A stretch of DNA of 64,000 nucleotides from NCBI GenBank assembly GCA_045837725.1, contig JBEWZL010000260.1, positions 186,001 to 250,000 on the forward strand, given 5' to 3'. The position numbers were made by a program, and so were the translations under genes. The notes under the pieces were generated by a model. It was not told the DNA's origin, did not search any database, and saw only the letters and a program-made list of their open reading frames with translations. This document shows positions 1 through 11,539 of this stretch, piece after piece. The DNA is from Vermamoeba vermiformis. Its lineage: Eukaryota. Position 1 is the stretch's first letter. Each line of letters starts with the position of its first letter.

Positions 1-234
1 GAAGAAGTCGTAGGACATCTGTTGCTGCCTCACACAGCCGATTTATTGAAAAAAATGCTCGACATTGATTACTCGCAAAGAATAACAGTCAATGAAGCAT
101 TAGAACATCAATTTTTCCGCGAAAAGTACGCAACTCGCATGCAATACGCAGTAGCGCACAAAATTGTCGGGAAAGCTGGCGGCTTTCTTTACAAACCTGA
201 ATTCCTTACTCAATATAAACTAAATATTAACTAA
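1..234 (+). CDS. Ser/Thr protein kinase, 3' end only (truncated by window edge)
   Basis: ADLLKKMLDIDYSQRITVNEALEHQFF matches kinase subdomain XI; stop TAA at 232-234. Confidence 0.75.
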   Translation, partial: EEVVGHLLLPHTADLLKKMLDIDYSQRITVNEALEHQFFREKYATRMQYAVAHKIVGKAGGFLYKPEFLTQYKLNIN

Positions 235-310
235 ATGGCATGGAGTACTTAAAGAAAATAACGAATGATTTTAATTACAAACAAAGCGTACAAGCAAGTA
301 GCGAAAATAC

Positions 311-1917
311 TCATTGGTTCGTAGCCAGTTTGGCCAACCACTTATTAGTCTTTTTCATATTTTGTTTGACCTTGAGTAAGGCCCGGAAATAATGCGCGAC
401 ATCTTCTTCAGATTCGATCGTCTTGTTAAAGTATTCTTCTGTATAGCACAATGAACTTTCTGTTTCATGTGCTGTTACAGCGAAAACCTTCTTTTGCGCA
501 GCAGACTCGGCTACACCATTGGCCCAATACTTCTTGTGAATGTTCTCCGTGGGATGTTTTATAACAACTCGGCTGACCCCATTCAAGCAGTAGAATTTGC
601 ATTCTTTATACGCGATCTCGACGTCGATATAGTTCTTTACTTTTACCTCTCCCTTGTTATTTTTGTAAGGGTATGCAAAGGCCTTGGCCTCGTGTACCAG
701 GCCGAGCTCATTGTTTTTCCAGAACTCTCCAGCAGGAATACCTCCTGGCTGAGCGTTATACTATGCAGCGGTTAAAAGGATTGAACAAGGGATTCGAGGC
801 AATACGTTAACTGGAAGCCCAATAGAGCCTGTATCGAAACTTGATAGCGCGAAAGTTGGAAGTCCGGCAAAAGCCTGCTGGTTAGAGCTCCTGAAATGGT
901 TGTCAGGATCATTATTGAAGCGTTCATAAGCTTACAAGAATTCCCATTCGGGCTCAAAGAACACGAGGCTATTCACTTCATTATAAATCTCCTCCCAATC
1001 GGCTTCTTTGTGGAATATCTTGTTGTTTGGATTTTTCGCATTGAGTGCTTCCATCAATTCTTCGTACACCTGAATATCTGAGTTAAGTCGCAATTTTCAT
1101 CTACACTGCATACCTTCGGCACGGCTTGTTTTAGTTCATCTGTAAGTTCTGGAAGGTGCTCAATGCTGACAACGTTCGGAGTAATTATAGCATTAACTAA
1201 CGCTTCAGCTTCAGGGCTTGATTTATCGGCTGTTATAATCGTTAGAAACGTTAATATCGCCGGTAAGAACAGTAACTTACGCAACTTGGGCCCAGTCTTC
1301 TTCGAACCTCTTTTTTTGACAGGAGCGCTAACTGCCACTCTCGGCAGTTCGCCCGCCACTGGTTTATGCTGAAATTGCGGAGTGCTCTTTACTTCCGTTT
1401 CGGTTCTCATTTTCTTTGGTCCTCCTTTCGCCATTGTGTCGCCACTTCTCTTTTTTAAAAGCGTCGAATGTATAGATAGATTCATTAGCATGGTATCGTA
1501 GTTTATGTATTCCATCGTTATATTCAGCCGTGTATCAAATCCGTTAGGGTCGTCTAGCAGATCTAAACGGCCAAAGTTCCACGCGTTCCGGATTCGGGCG
1601 GTAATGTCCATTAAAACCTGTTTGTCGGCCTTGAGAGCGCTGCTCCATGCAGGCACGATGCTTTTTAATATTGCCAAATACTCGTCAGCGGATTTGGCGT
1701 TGAGATCTTCGTAAAGTTTAACGAAGTTAATCTGCGAATCTTCAAGTTAAAACCGGTCGCATAAATTTAAACGATTATTAGCAGCTTGCAATAATTAATA
1801 ATACATTAACTTCGTACAACGAAATTAATTTCACTCTTAATAAACAATGCATGCTAGATTTGACGCTACATATTTTGCTGGTCGAGGAGAACTTACCGGT
1901 TTTCTGGTCTCAGCCAT
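311..1917 (-). CDS. Uncharacterised multi-exon protein, roughly 400 aa
   Basis: ATG at 1917 (MAETRKP|gtaagt). GT-AG splicing links ORFs 1054..1677 and 311..586 into one open frame. Basic central patch (PVKKRGSKK). No domain recognised. Confidence 0.6.
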
Positions 1918-2116
1918 TTATTAATTGGAATTGTGCTTTTTGTTGCAATAAAAAGCAGAAAATAAGAGATTGAAGCGGAACCAAAATTCATATTTGCACC
2001 TGACTTTTTTTGGTAGCCAAAATACTAATGAAGAACATTAAGAGCCACTGTCTATCATGTCATAGGGTGCAAGTAAATACGTACCTATTTCTTAGCTCGG
2101 GATTTTTAAATAATCG

Positions 2117-2571
2117 CTACAGTACGACAAAGTTCGCTCGATCGGATCTCCTTTTTGTCTTTCTTGTCCACTTTGTCCTTATGCTTCTCTTCCTTTTCTT
2201 TGCTTTACTGACCAGCAACAAGCTTACAGCCCCGAAGCCACCATCTCTCGCACCAAAATGCAACGGAGTACGGCCCTGTTAGCATTACATTAGGCTCGGA
2301 ACCTCTGGACAAGTGACACGTGTTCGAATGAACGTACCGCTTTGTTCTTGATGTTGATATCAGCGCCGTGACCCAACAAGCACGTGAGAGTCGGTCCGAA
2401 CTTGGCGCCAATGGTCGCGTAGTGCACGCAAGTTGTTCCGTCGTTATCTCCGATTTCGATCTTAGCGCCAGACTTGATCAACAAACTAAACTCCGAGTTA
2501 GTTGTGTACCGAAAAATAAAGTCTTGTATATACTTGATGCAGTCGACGTGGCCGTTGTACGCAGCGTTCAT
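2117..2571 (-). CDS. Short ankyrin-repeat protein, possibly an N-terminally truncated fragment
   Basis: Spliced MNAAYNGHVDCI..LLIKSGAKIEIGDNDGTTCVHYA..LLGHGADINIKNKAGRTPLHFGA; two GT-AG introns; basic tail. Confidence 0.7.
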
Positions 2572-2656
2572 GAGCGAAATGGTAATAAGTAACAATTACT
2601 AATTGTAATTTTGAAAACAGCGGAAAAGAGCGGATGCATAAGTAAAAACCAAACTT

Positions 2657-4502
2657 TTACCACTGTCTTGGACAAGTCTTCCATACATCTAATACATTAC
2701 CAGCATAATCTACAACGTAATGTTTCTCGTAGCAGGCTTGAATAATTCATTAGAGATCAATTTGTACTGGATCCGTTCGGACTTACCCGCCGTCAAACAA
2801 GAATGATTCGGAATAATTTTAAGTAATGTTCCTTCAATGAATTTCGATGCATCAAAATCACCTTCGACGATGCCAACCTCTTGCGAAATTCTTGTAATAT
2901 GTAACTCGTCGTGATCCAGTACTTTACCCCATTCACTACGACATAACACTGCATTAGTATGCTATTGAATATAGTCGCTCTTCTGGTTTACATTGAATTA
3001 GCGCTCGATGGTCCCGTGTCTTTGCTCAGGGCCAATGCACCAGCGTCGATCAACAAACGTTTTGGATGCGTGTATTGCGAGAGCTGTATTATGCGATAAA
3101 TTAGTTCATAACAATATATATATACATATTAATATTACCACGCGAGAAAGGACAAATCCAGCATTGTCGTGCAAACTGCAAGATCCGATCGAGGACTGAA
3201 GAAGATTGAGTTCAGGTTACAATAACATATGGGGCTATATGAAGCATATAATATGACTCTAATTACCTGGAATAAGTCATAGAAGATGTAATTTCCCGGA
3301 TGAATCTCAGTAACACCTTGTAAATTTGCTGCTGGGTTCGAGCATGTTGGCGTGGATCCGACAGCGACTGTAGGACAAGTGATATTATGAGACTTCAATA
3401 TATTAGAGAACCTTGCCGAGTAGAAGAATTAGCCTTATTTGGTAATGGTATTGAATGCCTGTCTTACTCGACAATAACGTCGCGTTCAGTCGTTGAGACT
3501 TGACTCGCTTCATCTTTGTTATGACTGTGATAACTGTTGCCTGCATGTGTATATATACCCTAATGCTCATATTAGCAATTATTAAGTATTTTTAAGCGCA
3601 AGAAACTAAGTGCAAATCAGATCTGGCGCAGCAACTGACCTCGAAGGTAACATTTTTATCGCTTGCTAATAACTTAGCAATTTCCAAACTTGCCGGTTCT
3701 ACATAATAATATTATTAAAGTGATGACTATAACAGGTTTTGTACCTTGAGGATTGATTCCGGTTCTATTGTAGCCCGTGTCAATATCGAGAAACACGTGC
3801 AGAACCGTCGCATTTTGTTTGGCAAATTCAATGAGGACTTTAGCAGAGTTCAACGAATCTACTAATACTGAGAACTTTCTTATCTATAAATTCGAATATT
3901 AGGCAAAATATATTAAAAAATGGGGTCTATTACCTTGCGTGTCAAATCCAGTACGCGGTGCAATTTGTGTTTTATGATTGGTACTGCGTATAATATGTCT
4001 TGAAATCCATGAGCAGCGAAGAAATCAGCCTCGCCAAGAGTCGATACGGTAATTTTAGCAGTGCGCTAATCGATAGATTAAAAATCCGCGGATGTAGCGA
4101 AGATTGACTTACGAGAAACTTCTCGACTGTCAAAGTAGATAATTCATTGCCGTATAATTGATATAGTGCCGCTTCGATTGATTTGTGCGTCTTAATGTGC
4201 GGGCGTAATTCAACCTACAAAAAAATAATCAATTTTTCAATACCACAGTATTTTTCTTTATTTTTGTAATTAACTTGACGTACTTGTAATCGTTTAGCAC
4301 GATCAATCATGTTCTGCGCATTATTTTTCAAATTTTCTAAGTTGACAACGAAGCAAGGTGTTGGTAACTCCTCAATGTGCTTTTGTTGGCAGCTGTAAGT
4401 CATAAAAATTCGTTATCTTAGTAATATTAAATAAGTATAGTTGCGATATTACCTTGAAGTGCCCTTTTGAAGTCGAGTGATGATCTGATCGATTGTTTCC
4501 AT
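2657..4502 (-). CDS. DSD1: D-serine dehydratase / D-threonine aldolase family (fold-type III PLP enzyme)
   Basis: ELPTPCFVVNL, LRPHIKTHK (PLP lysine), GSTPT, EIHPGNYIFYD, SQEVG, IIPNHSCLT; ends VWKTCPRQW*. Confidence 0.9.
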
Positions 4503-4634
4503 GTTGAAATTTTGTTGCAACAATGACTTTCACCGCAATTAACTAATTTACATTTAAATTGATAAAGTCCATAGTACACGCATTACAAAATATTCTCAAG
4601 GTAATTTTAGATCGTTATTTTATTGCTGTACAGA

Positions 4635-4721
4635 TCAGATGTGTCTCTAAAATTATCAATGCGTGCCAGTTCGTACATTTGCGAATTAATAGCACACACT
4701 TCATATACAAAACACATCTAA
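4635..4721 (-). promoter_or_regulatory. SECIS element (form II) in the selenoprotein F 3' UTR
   Basis: Minus strand: helix I TTAGATGTGTTTT/GAGACACATCTGA; ATGA...GA core; 10-bp helix II GTGTGTGCTA/TGGCACGCAT; unpaired AA; apical ministem TTCG/CGAA; AATAAA just downstream. Confidence 0.92.
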
Positions 4722-4864
4722 TCCATACTACAAATAAAATAGTACCTTACGGTACTAGTACAGGTGTTCGAGAGTTGGTGTCCACCAGCGTGTTTTCACG
4801 AGCGAATCCAGCTTAGTAAATGGACCACCAACATGTAACTCATTGAAACTAGTAGTAGCTGCCC

Positions 4865-5701
4865 TTAACTATCAGGGGTAGCTACTCTGTCATAAAGTTC
4901 CTCGAACTGATCGTACTTCCACTTGGACACATCCAACGTCTCTACAACACCGTCGATATTCGTCAAGGTCAAGGCTGCAAGATAGAATTAGTACCGACAT
5001 ATGACACAACGAATTAGGCATATCGCTAAACATTAATAAAAGTTTTAAAGCAAAAAACGAGTTAATGATGCGGATTGCAGTTGTTGATCGATCCGAAATC
5101 CACTTTTGTATGCGATGAAAGATTTATAATGAATATGAAACTTACTAGGACCCTTTCCACGAACGTAATCGACAACAAAGTTAGGATTGTTCTTGCCACT
5201 GAGACCTTTTTTGAGGAAGTTGTTCAGCTCAGGGAACCTCTTCAATTTTCAGCTACAAACTTCGAGTTTTGCGTTAACGAAATCCTATATATTAATATTG
5301 GTCAATAATGTGGTTATAATATGCGAGGGGTTCTAAATAAAATTCAAATCCGTCACGCTAAAATTTAAAATCTTCAATCGCAATTAAAAATTAGAATAAT
5401 CGCAAATATTATTATTATGCTTTAATACAAATAATATGCTAGAATATAAGAGCTATTAGAGCTGATTTACCTTGCCAGATTCCGCTGCGACTCGTTGGTC
5501 GAGTTGGCAACACTCTCTGCACTCCTTATTGAGCTGCTCGTTCTTAACAAATTGGCCCATATTGTTGCACGAGGCACACTGTAAGATCGAGGAGTCAAAT
5601 CCGAGCTCGCTGCACTCAGCAGATGTACGAGCATCCAGAGAAGAGCAACTGACCAACAAAGTCAACAGCAGCAGGCACGCCGCGTTGAAATTGATGTTCA
5701 T
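4865..5701 (-). CDS. SELENOF: Selenoprotein F (Sep15), 3 exons, Sec encoded by TGA at 5249-5251
   Basis: Signal peptide; Cys-rich CSELGF..LQCASC..CRECC domain; LEVCSUKLKRFP motif with in-frame TGA; VDYVRGKGP; SECIS downstream. Confidence 0.95.
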
Positions 5702-5861
5702 AATAATAATATTATAGACGCACGCAAAGGGTCGTGTGGTCTGGGGATCAAAAGATAATGCTAAAAAAAATAAAAGGCCAACAACGGCTATGTGGTCCTT
5801 CGTTTTGTATTTTTTGGCTGGAGACCACGACAAGTGAATATTATAAAACCATATTTATACA

Positions 5862-7203
5862 ATGAGCGAGCAAGCCAAGCATTTATATCAGATCTACACC
5901 ACTCTCACCGAGATGTTGGTCGATCGAAACTATTTAGTGTCTCGTGAAGAAATCGATATGACTTTGGAAGATTTCGTTTCAAAATACGGAGAGAATCCGA
6001 GGTAAGGCTGTTAAAATAAATTGACTTGATAACCGGATGCAAACAGATTTGATTCGTTAAAAATTCCCAACGGCCCATTAAAATTATTTAGTCGCCTTAT
6101 TATCAATATAAGCATATTTTATAACCGCTCAATATAATTAATTATGCTTTATTTAATTTTCTGAGTGTTTTAGCGGATCTAGAATTGTTTTCAACTTTTA
6201 CGTAATCATCAGCGTTATTGAAAATACTAAAGATCATGTATATTTATTAATATTATTTTATTAGCCGAATTGAGTTATTAAGAATGCACAGAAAGAAGGA
6301 CGATCCAACCGATCAGATCTTCATTTTTTTCCCCACAGAGCCTAAACTCGGCGTTAAAAACATTAAAGAGTACGTAATAATATTCTAAAAATAATAGTAG
6401 CCTTGTTTGTCCTGATTGAAATTACCACACGTTTTGGTTTGGATCGACAATTTTTTAACGATTTATTATTTGCAACAGCTATTACAAGAAAATGAAATCA
6501 GAAAGTGTTAACAGATGTATTATTGTATTGCAAACAAATATTACTCCTTTTGCTAAGACTGTAAGTATTTTTAATATTAGATCGAACACGCTACCTTTAC
6601 ACGACATAACAACCCTTCTAATAATCTCAAATAATATAATTATACTCACTATATTATCAATATAAGTATTAATGTATATTATGATCATTTTACGCAAAAT
6701 TAAGTGCAATGCAAATTAAAATTTTAACGCGTGTTTATGGTGGATCTTGAACGACTCTAACGAGGTTGTATTTACTATAGTGCATTGCGCAAATGAAAGA
6801 TGTTATTATGGAGCAGTTCAAAGAGTCAGAACTGTTGGTCAATATTACAAAGCATTATTTAGTGCCTAAGCACGTCGTGTTAACTACCGACGAAAAGGCT
6901 ACTTTATTAGCAAAATAGTAAGTTTAGTAATAGTTATATTTAAATAGGACCTATTGTAATATATAAGAGGTGTCGGTACTAATGTTATTTACTATAATAG
7001 CAAATTGAAAGAAACACAGTTGCCGCGCATCCAAGTCAACGATCCGGTGGCTCGCTTTTATGGTTTGCAACGAGGACAAGTGCGTGTATAGCATAATATG
7101 GGTCCTATAAGTATACTAATAGGTATTATATGATTAGGTCGTTAAAATTATTCGTCCGTCAGAAACAGCAGGTCGTTACGTGACTTATCGCTTGGTCAAC
7201 TAA
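5862..7203 (+). CDS. RPB5: DNA-directed RNA polymerases I/II/III subunit RPB5
   Basis: [64 protein letters not shown]; multi-exon; head-to-head with SELENOF. Confidence 0.95.
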
Positions 7204-7778
7204 ATTTATGATAAATTTGTTGACTTCGTGCATGGAAGAGTAATATAAATAATATAAGCACTTGTATCTAGCCAAATAAACGACAAAATTTGAAAAACGT
7301 TGATATTTCTAAGCTGTCACATCTCGACCTTAAAATTCGAGGTCGACTTATATTCTGTCTAACGTTAGCTAGATATTGTTTTCCATTACTTAATTAAGTA
7401 TTTGCCCGGCCGCCGCTGTGTTTGGTACACATCGCGGAACCTCCCAACGGAAGCTTTTTCGGATGATCTCAGCTGCGATTTCAAGGGATTTCTTAACAAC
7501 GGAGAAAAGGAAGACTGAACGGAGGTTTAGCAATATGCTCAATTAAAGAAGAGCGAGAAGTTGTAAGGTGGTTCGAGAAAGTTCGACACTTCCGAAGGAT
7601 CGGAGAATGTTCCATTCAAAATTGTTACGAACGCAAAAGAACAAGGAGAAACAATTCACCGAACATTTTAAACCGCGGCACCAGAAGAGCCGCTCAAAAA
7701 TATTATTTTTTGACGCAATTGTAAGGCTGTGACTGAAACAAAGCAACAACCACAAAAGACAGCAAGATGTGCGATAGA

Positions 7779-9712
7779 ATGTTGAAATTGGATATTGGTT
7801 TTAATAATCCCCAGTTCTCTGATAGGGTATTAGTATTTACAGATCCTAATGGTACGTTATAACAATATTTGAGTTAATTTTTAATCACGATCTGCAATTT
7901 GCAAATTCCACACCATTTCCGTCACTTTAATTTCATAAATAAATCGAATCTCAGCATATATAAAATATTTGGACATTATCTAATGCATATTTTCTTATAG
8001 AGGAACGGAGTTTCATAGTTCCGCGGCGAGATCTGAAATCCACAAACTTCAAGCGACTGGACGAGCTTATGGACAGCGACAAAACATGTGAGGAGCTATA
8101 CGACAGTGAAGCGGGTGATAGATCACCTTCAGTTAAGCGAAAGGCCGAAGGAGATCTGAACGACAGACCGCTGAAGAGATCCTTCAACAACAGATTTGTG
8201 ATGACTTTTGAACAAACAACGCTAGAATCAGATTCAACAGCTCAAAGCAATCAACAAGGCCCCGAATCACCAATAGTATACTCATCTGATATGGCACTAC
8301 CTTCCTCGCCTCAGCAAACTTCAGTCAGATTAGCGGGATCGGAGTCACCAATTTCCGTTCCCGCAATTAGCTCATTGGCTGTGAGCAGCTTAGTATTGGC
8401 AGCAGCTAGTCCATATTTTTACGCACTGTTTTGCAATGGCATGCAAGAAAGTGCGCAAAAGCAAGTCGAGATCGCGGTGCCAAGAGAAATGCGCGAGGCG
8501 TTCAAATCAATGATTAAATCATTATATAGCGCAGAGATTGATGGAGATTTAACAGAAGTGCTGAATATACTCATATTAAGCGATCAGTATCAGATCAAAT
8601 GCGTGCAGGCTAATTGCGTCAAAAGACTTATGGCCATTGTCAAGCAATTAGACGACGTCAATTATTTATTGGAATATGTGCCACAAGAGCTATTAAAAGA
8701 CACGGAGTTGACGGAGATTGTCGTAAAATGCAAGGAAATCCTTCGATCCGTCTTCTCGAAGTACTTTCTGGAAGTATTTTGGACGCAAGATGTATTCTTA
8801 GATTTGGCGCCATTCTGCGTACAAACTTTATTAGCAGGTACTAAGCAAAAATATAAGTTAAATTAATAGCTAAAATCTAATTGATTCGTATTTTTAGGAT
8901 CGTTTTTGCAAGCCAGATCCGAAAACACAGTTTGGCGAGCTGTAGAATATTGGTGCCGCGCTAGACCAGATCGAGAACAATACTTTAAAGATTTTGTGCA
9001 ATATATCAAGTTCCCTCTCATGACACCAGATTTTCTGCGGGATGTGGTCTCCATGAGCGACAAACTTTCCTTGTGCAAGACTCAATATGACGAGGCAATG
9101 TTCTATCATGCAGCTTCTAGCAATAGGAAGAAATACATAACACAAAGCAGCGGCTTCCAATACACTGCGCGGTGTCCAGGTACGAATAACTTTTCATGAA
9201 ACAATTTTCAAAAATGCATCCGGACTTTTGTGATTCAAAATCTCCGACTATCAATAATAGTGACCGTATATTAACGATGAATCTTATTTTTAGATACGGC
9301 AAATAAGAATGAAGTTTTGTCCTTTGCGATCCCCGATTTTGAAACACTTCCATTTGGCAAGACGCTAAAAATAGCCGCACCGAAAGCTGTCCACGGATAC
9401 GCACTTGATTTAACTATAAGAAGGATACAACGAAGAGACGTCGAGGGCGTAGAGTTTGGTTTCGGAGTGGATCCGAACAACGCGCTATGTCCAGTGCCAA
9501 AGGACTATTTTGTCAGCTTCAAAGGCTTCACTATTCAGTTCAAAACTAAAGTGACGCAATTACCCTTTGGCAATCCAACGTCAGGATTGTTATTGTCGAA
9601 TGTTAAGCCGAGAGTATTTTGGACTTGGCAAGAATCGCATGAAAATATGCTGAGCAAGTTGGATCTAGGCAGCGACAAAAAATTGAAGCTGAATATTACT
9701 CTATGGCATTAA
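7779..9712 (+). CDS. BTB/POZ-BACK domain protein (Cul3 adaptor; resembles plant POB1/LRB type)
   Basis: FNNPQFSDRVL, VSSLVLAAASPYFYALFCNGMQES, LSDQYQIKC, SENTVWRAVEYW, IKFPLM. Confidence 0.85.
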
Positions 9713-9798
9713 TTCTATACTAATGCTATATTCTTGTACATAATTGTAACATTAAACCAAAAAAAAAAGTGAGCGGCGAGAATGTATTTATTTCAAAA

Positions 9799-11269
9799 TT
9801 AATTTGTTTGTGTGTTATTTTGGTGATAATAAGAGGTTAATACGCGAATAAACCATTCCGCGTATTGATATTTCGCCGGTTTGCCTAATAAGGAAGCTTG
9901 ATTTGTCACAAAATTTGAAAGCGCAACGGGATCCGAAATTTGAGACTTGTGCTGCAATAGAGCTTTGATCTTAACATTAAGAGTTGTGCCTATAATAGTG
10001 ATTCATATTACTATTTATAATAGCGCAAATGAATTGATTAAGAGTACGTACTTATGTCCACGGCAATATTTGAATTGGCATTATTAACGTCGTAATTGAA
10101 GCCTGTGGAAATTTCGTTAATATAAACGGATAGTACGAGTCGGAGAATATATTCTTACTGAATAAATAGATTTGAGGCACGCCCCAAGTGTTCAAGCCTT
10201 CCTCGAAGATCTGCTTTGGGAAGTACAGAAAATCATTCGCGGTAGGATAAACACTAAATAATCATTAATTAGCTATAAAGTACTTGTTAACAAGTCTTCG
10301 CGTTGAAAAGGACAATTAATCTTAAAATTATTCCTCATGAATAAAATTGATAAAATTACAGTAACGAGCAAAACGGAAGTTCGTATTAAATTAGCCTGTA
10401 CCATTGAAAACTGACTGCACCAGCAGCGCGATGATCACTATGTTCGTAGCCTATTTGATAGTTCTCAAATCGTTCGTGAGGATTCCAAGTCGCAATAACT
10501 TCAGGTCTGTACGTGCGGATCAAGCGCACGACTTTTTCTCTTACATCTTCAGTATTTTGAAGCTCCTATATATCATTGCTTAAATACGGCATCACATATA
10601 TTATTTGTAAGATCTTACGCCATCGCCAATGTCAAAGAAGTCCACTGAAGTTACGCCCAAAACAGCTGCGGCATTCAATTGCTCTTGACGACGAATTGCA
10701 GCGAGTTCTTGCGTAGTCATGCTTCTATTACGAGTTCCCTTATCTATATACCACATTTATTAATGATTACTCTGCAGGGTGACGTTTTTTAGTGGATGTA
10801 CCTCCGTTAGTCAACAATATGTATCGCACTTCAGTGCCTTCTTGAATCCATTTTGCTACAGTTCCGCCTACAGATATGAACATTTTGGTAATTTATGGAT
10901 TACAGTGACTAATAGGCCTATCCGTACCTGAGGTTTGTTCAATGTCGTCAGGGTGTGCTGCAATAACAAGTGCGCGTCTAAATGTTGTCGGAATATTTAG
11001 GCTAGGATTTTGATTATTACAGGTGAGTGGCTATAATAAAATTCATCAATAACAAATTGTAAAAAAGTGAAATCAAAGATATTTTCAATTTAATTATGGC
11101 AGCAAAAAATCGGTCTGAAAACAAGCGCAATTAATGAATCGTATAAATTGAGAATTTTAGAAATATATCTTACGTTTAAGGCGCATGGATCACTCAGATC
11201 GGGTGAGAAATTTCCAGCGCTAGCATTCGCCAGGCCGAATAATATGACGTATACGATATATTGATACAT
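9799..11269 (-). CDS. Secreted PIG-L/LmbE-family zinc de-N-acetylase
   Basis: Signal peptide MYQYIVYVILFGLANASA; LVIAAHPDDIE, TNGDKG, RRQEQLNAAAVLGV, IRTYRPEV, HSDHRAAG motifs. Confidence 0.88.
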
Positions 11270-11539
11270 TATATATACAATGTGATGAATGTTGCTCACA
11301 AGGGCATAATAAAATAATCACCTTCGGAGCTTGTGTGCTTCTCCTGCACTTTGGAATGAAATAGAAATCTCAAAGAAACATTTCAGAACAAAATGAACGA
11401 TGCGAAAGTACGTTTTGTAATTAAAATTTCAATAAAAGATAGCTTGTACAACCTTAATGAATTAATGAGATTTAACATGACAGAAAACGATTTCAAATGT
11501 TGCTGAAGCCACAAATATTATACAAGTGATATGTGCTAA

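Noticed and set aside
7324-7346. Isolated short inverted repeats (also about 15294-15330, 44242-44268, 51702-51722)
   Set aside because: Single 7-9 bp stems are expected by chance in 64 kb; no further support.
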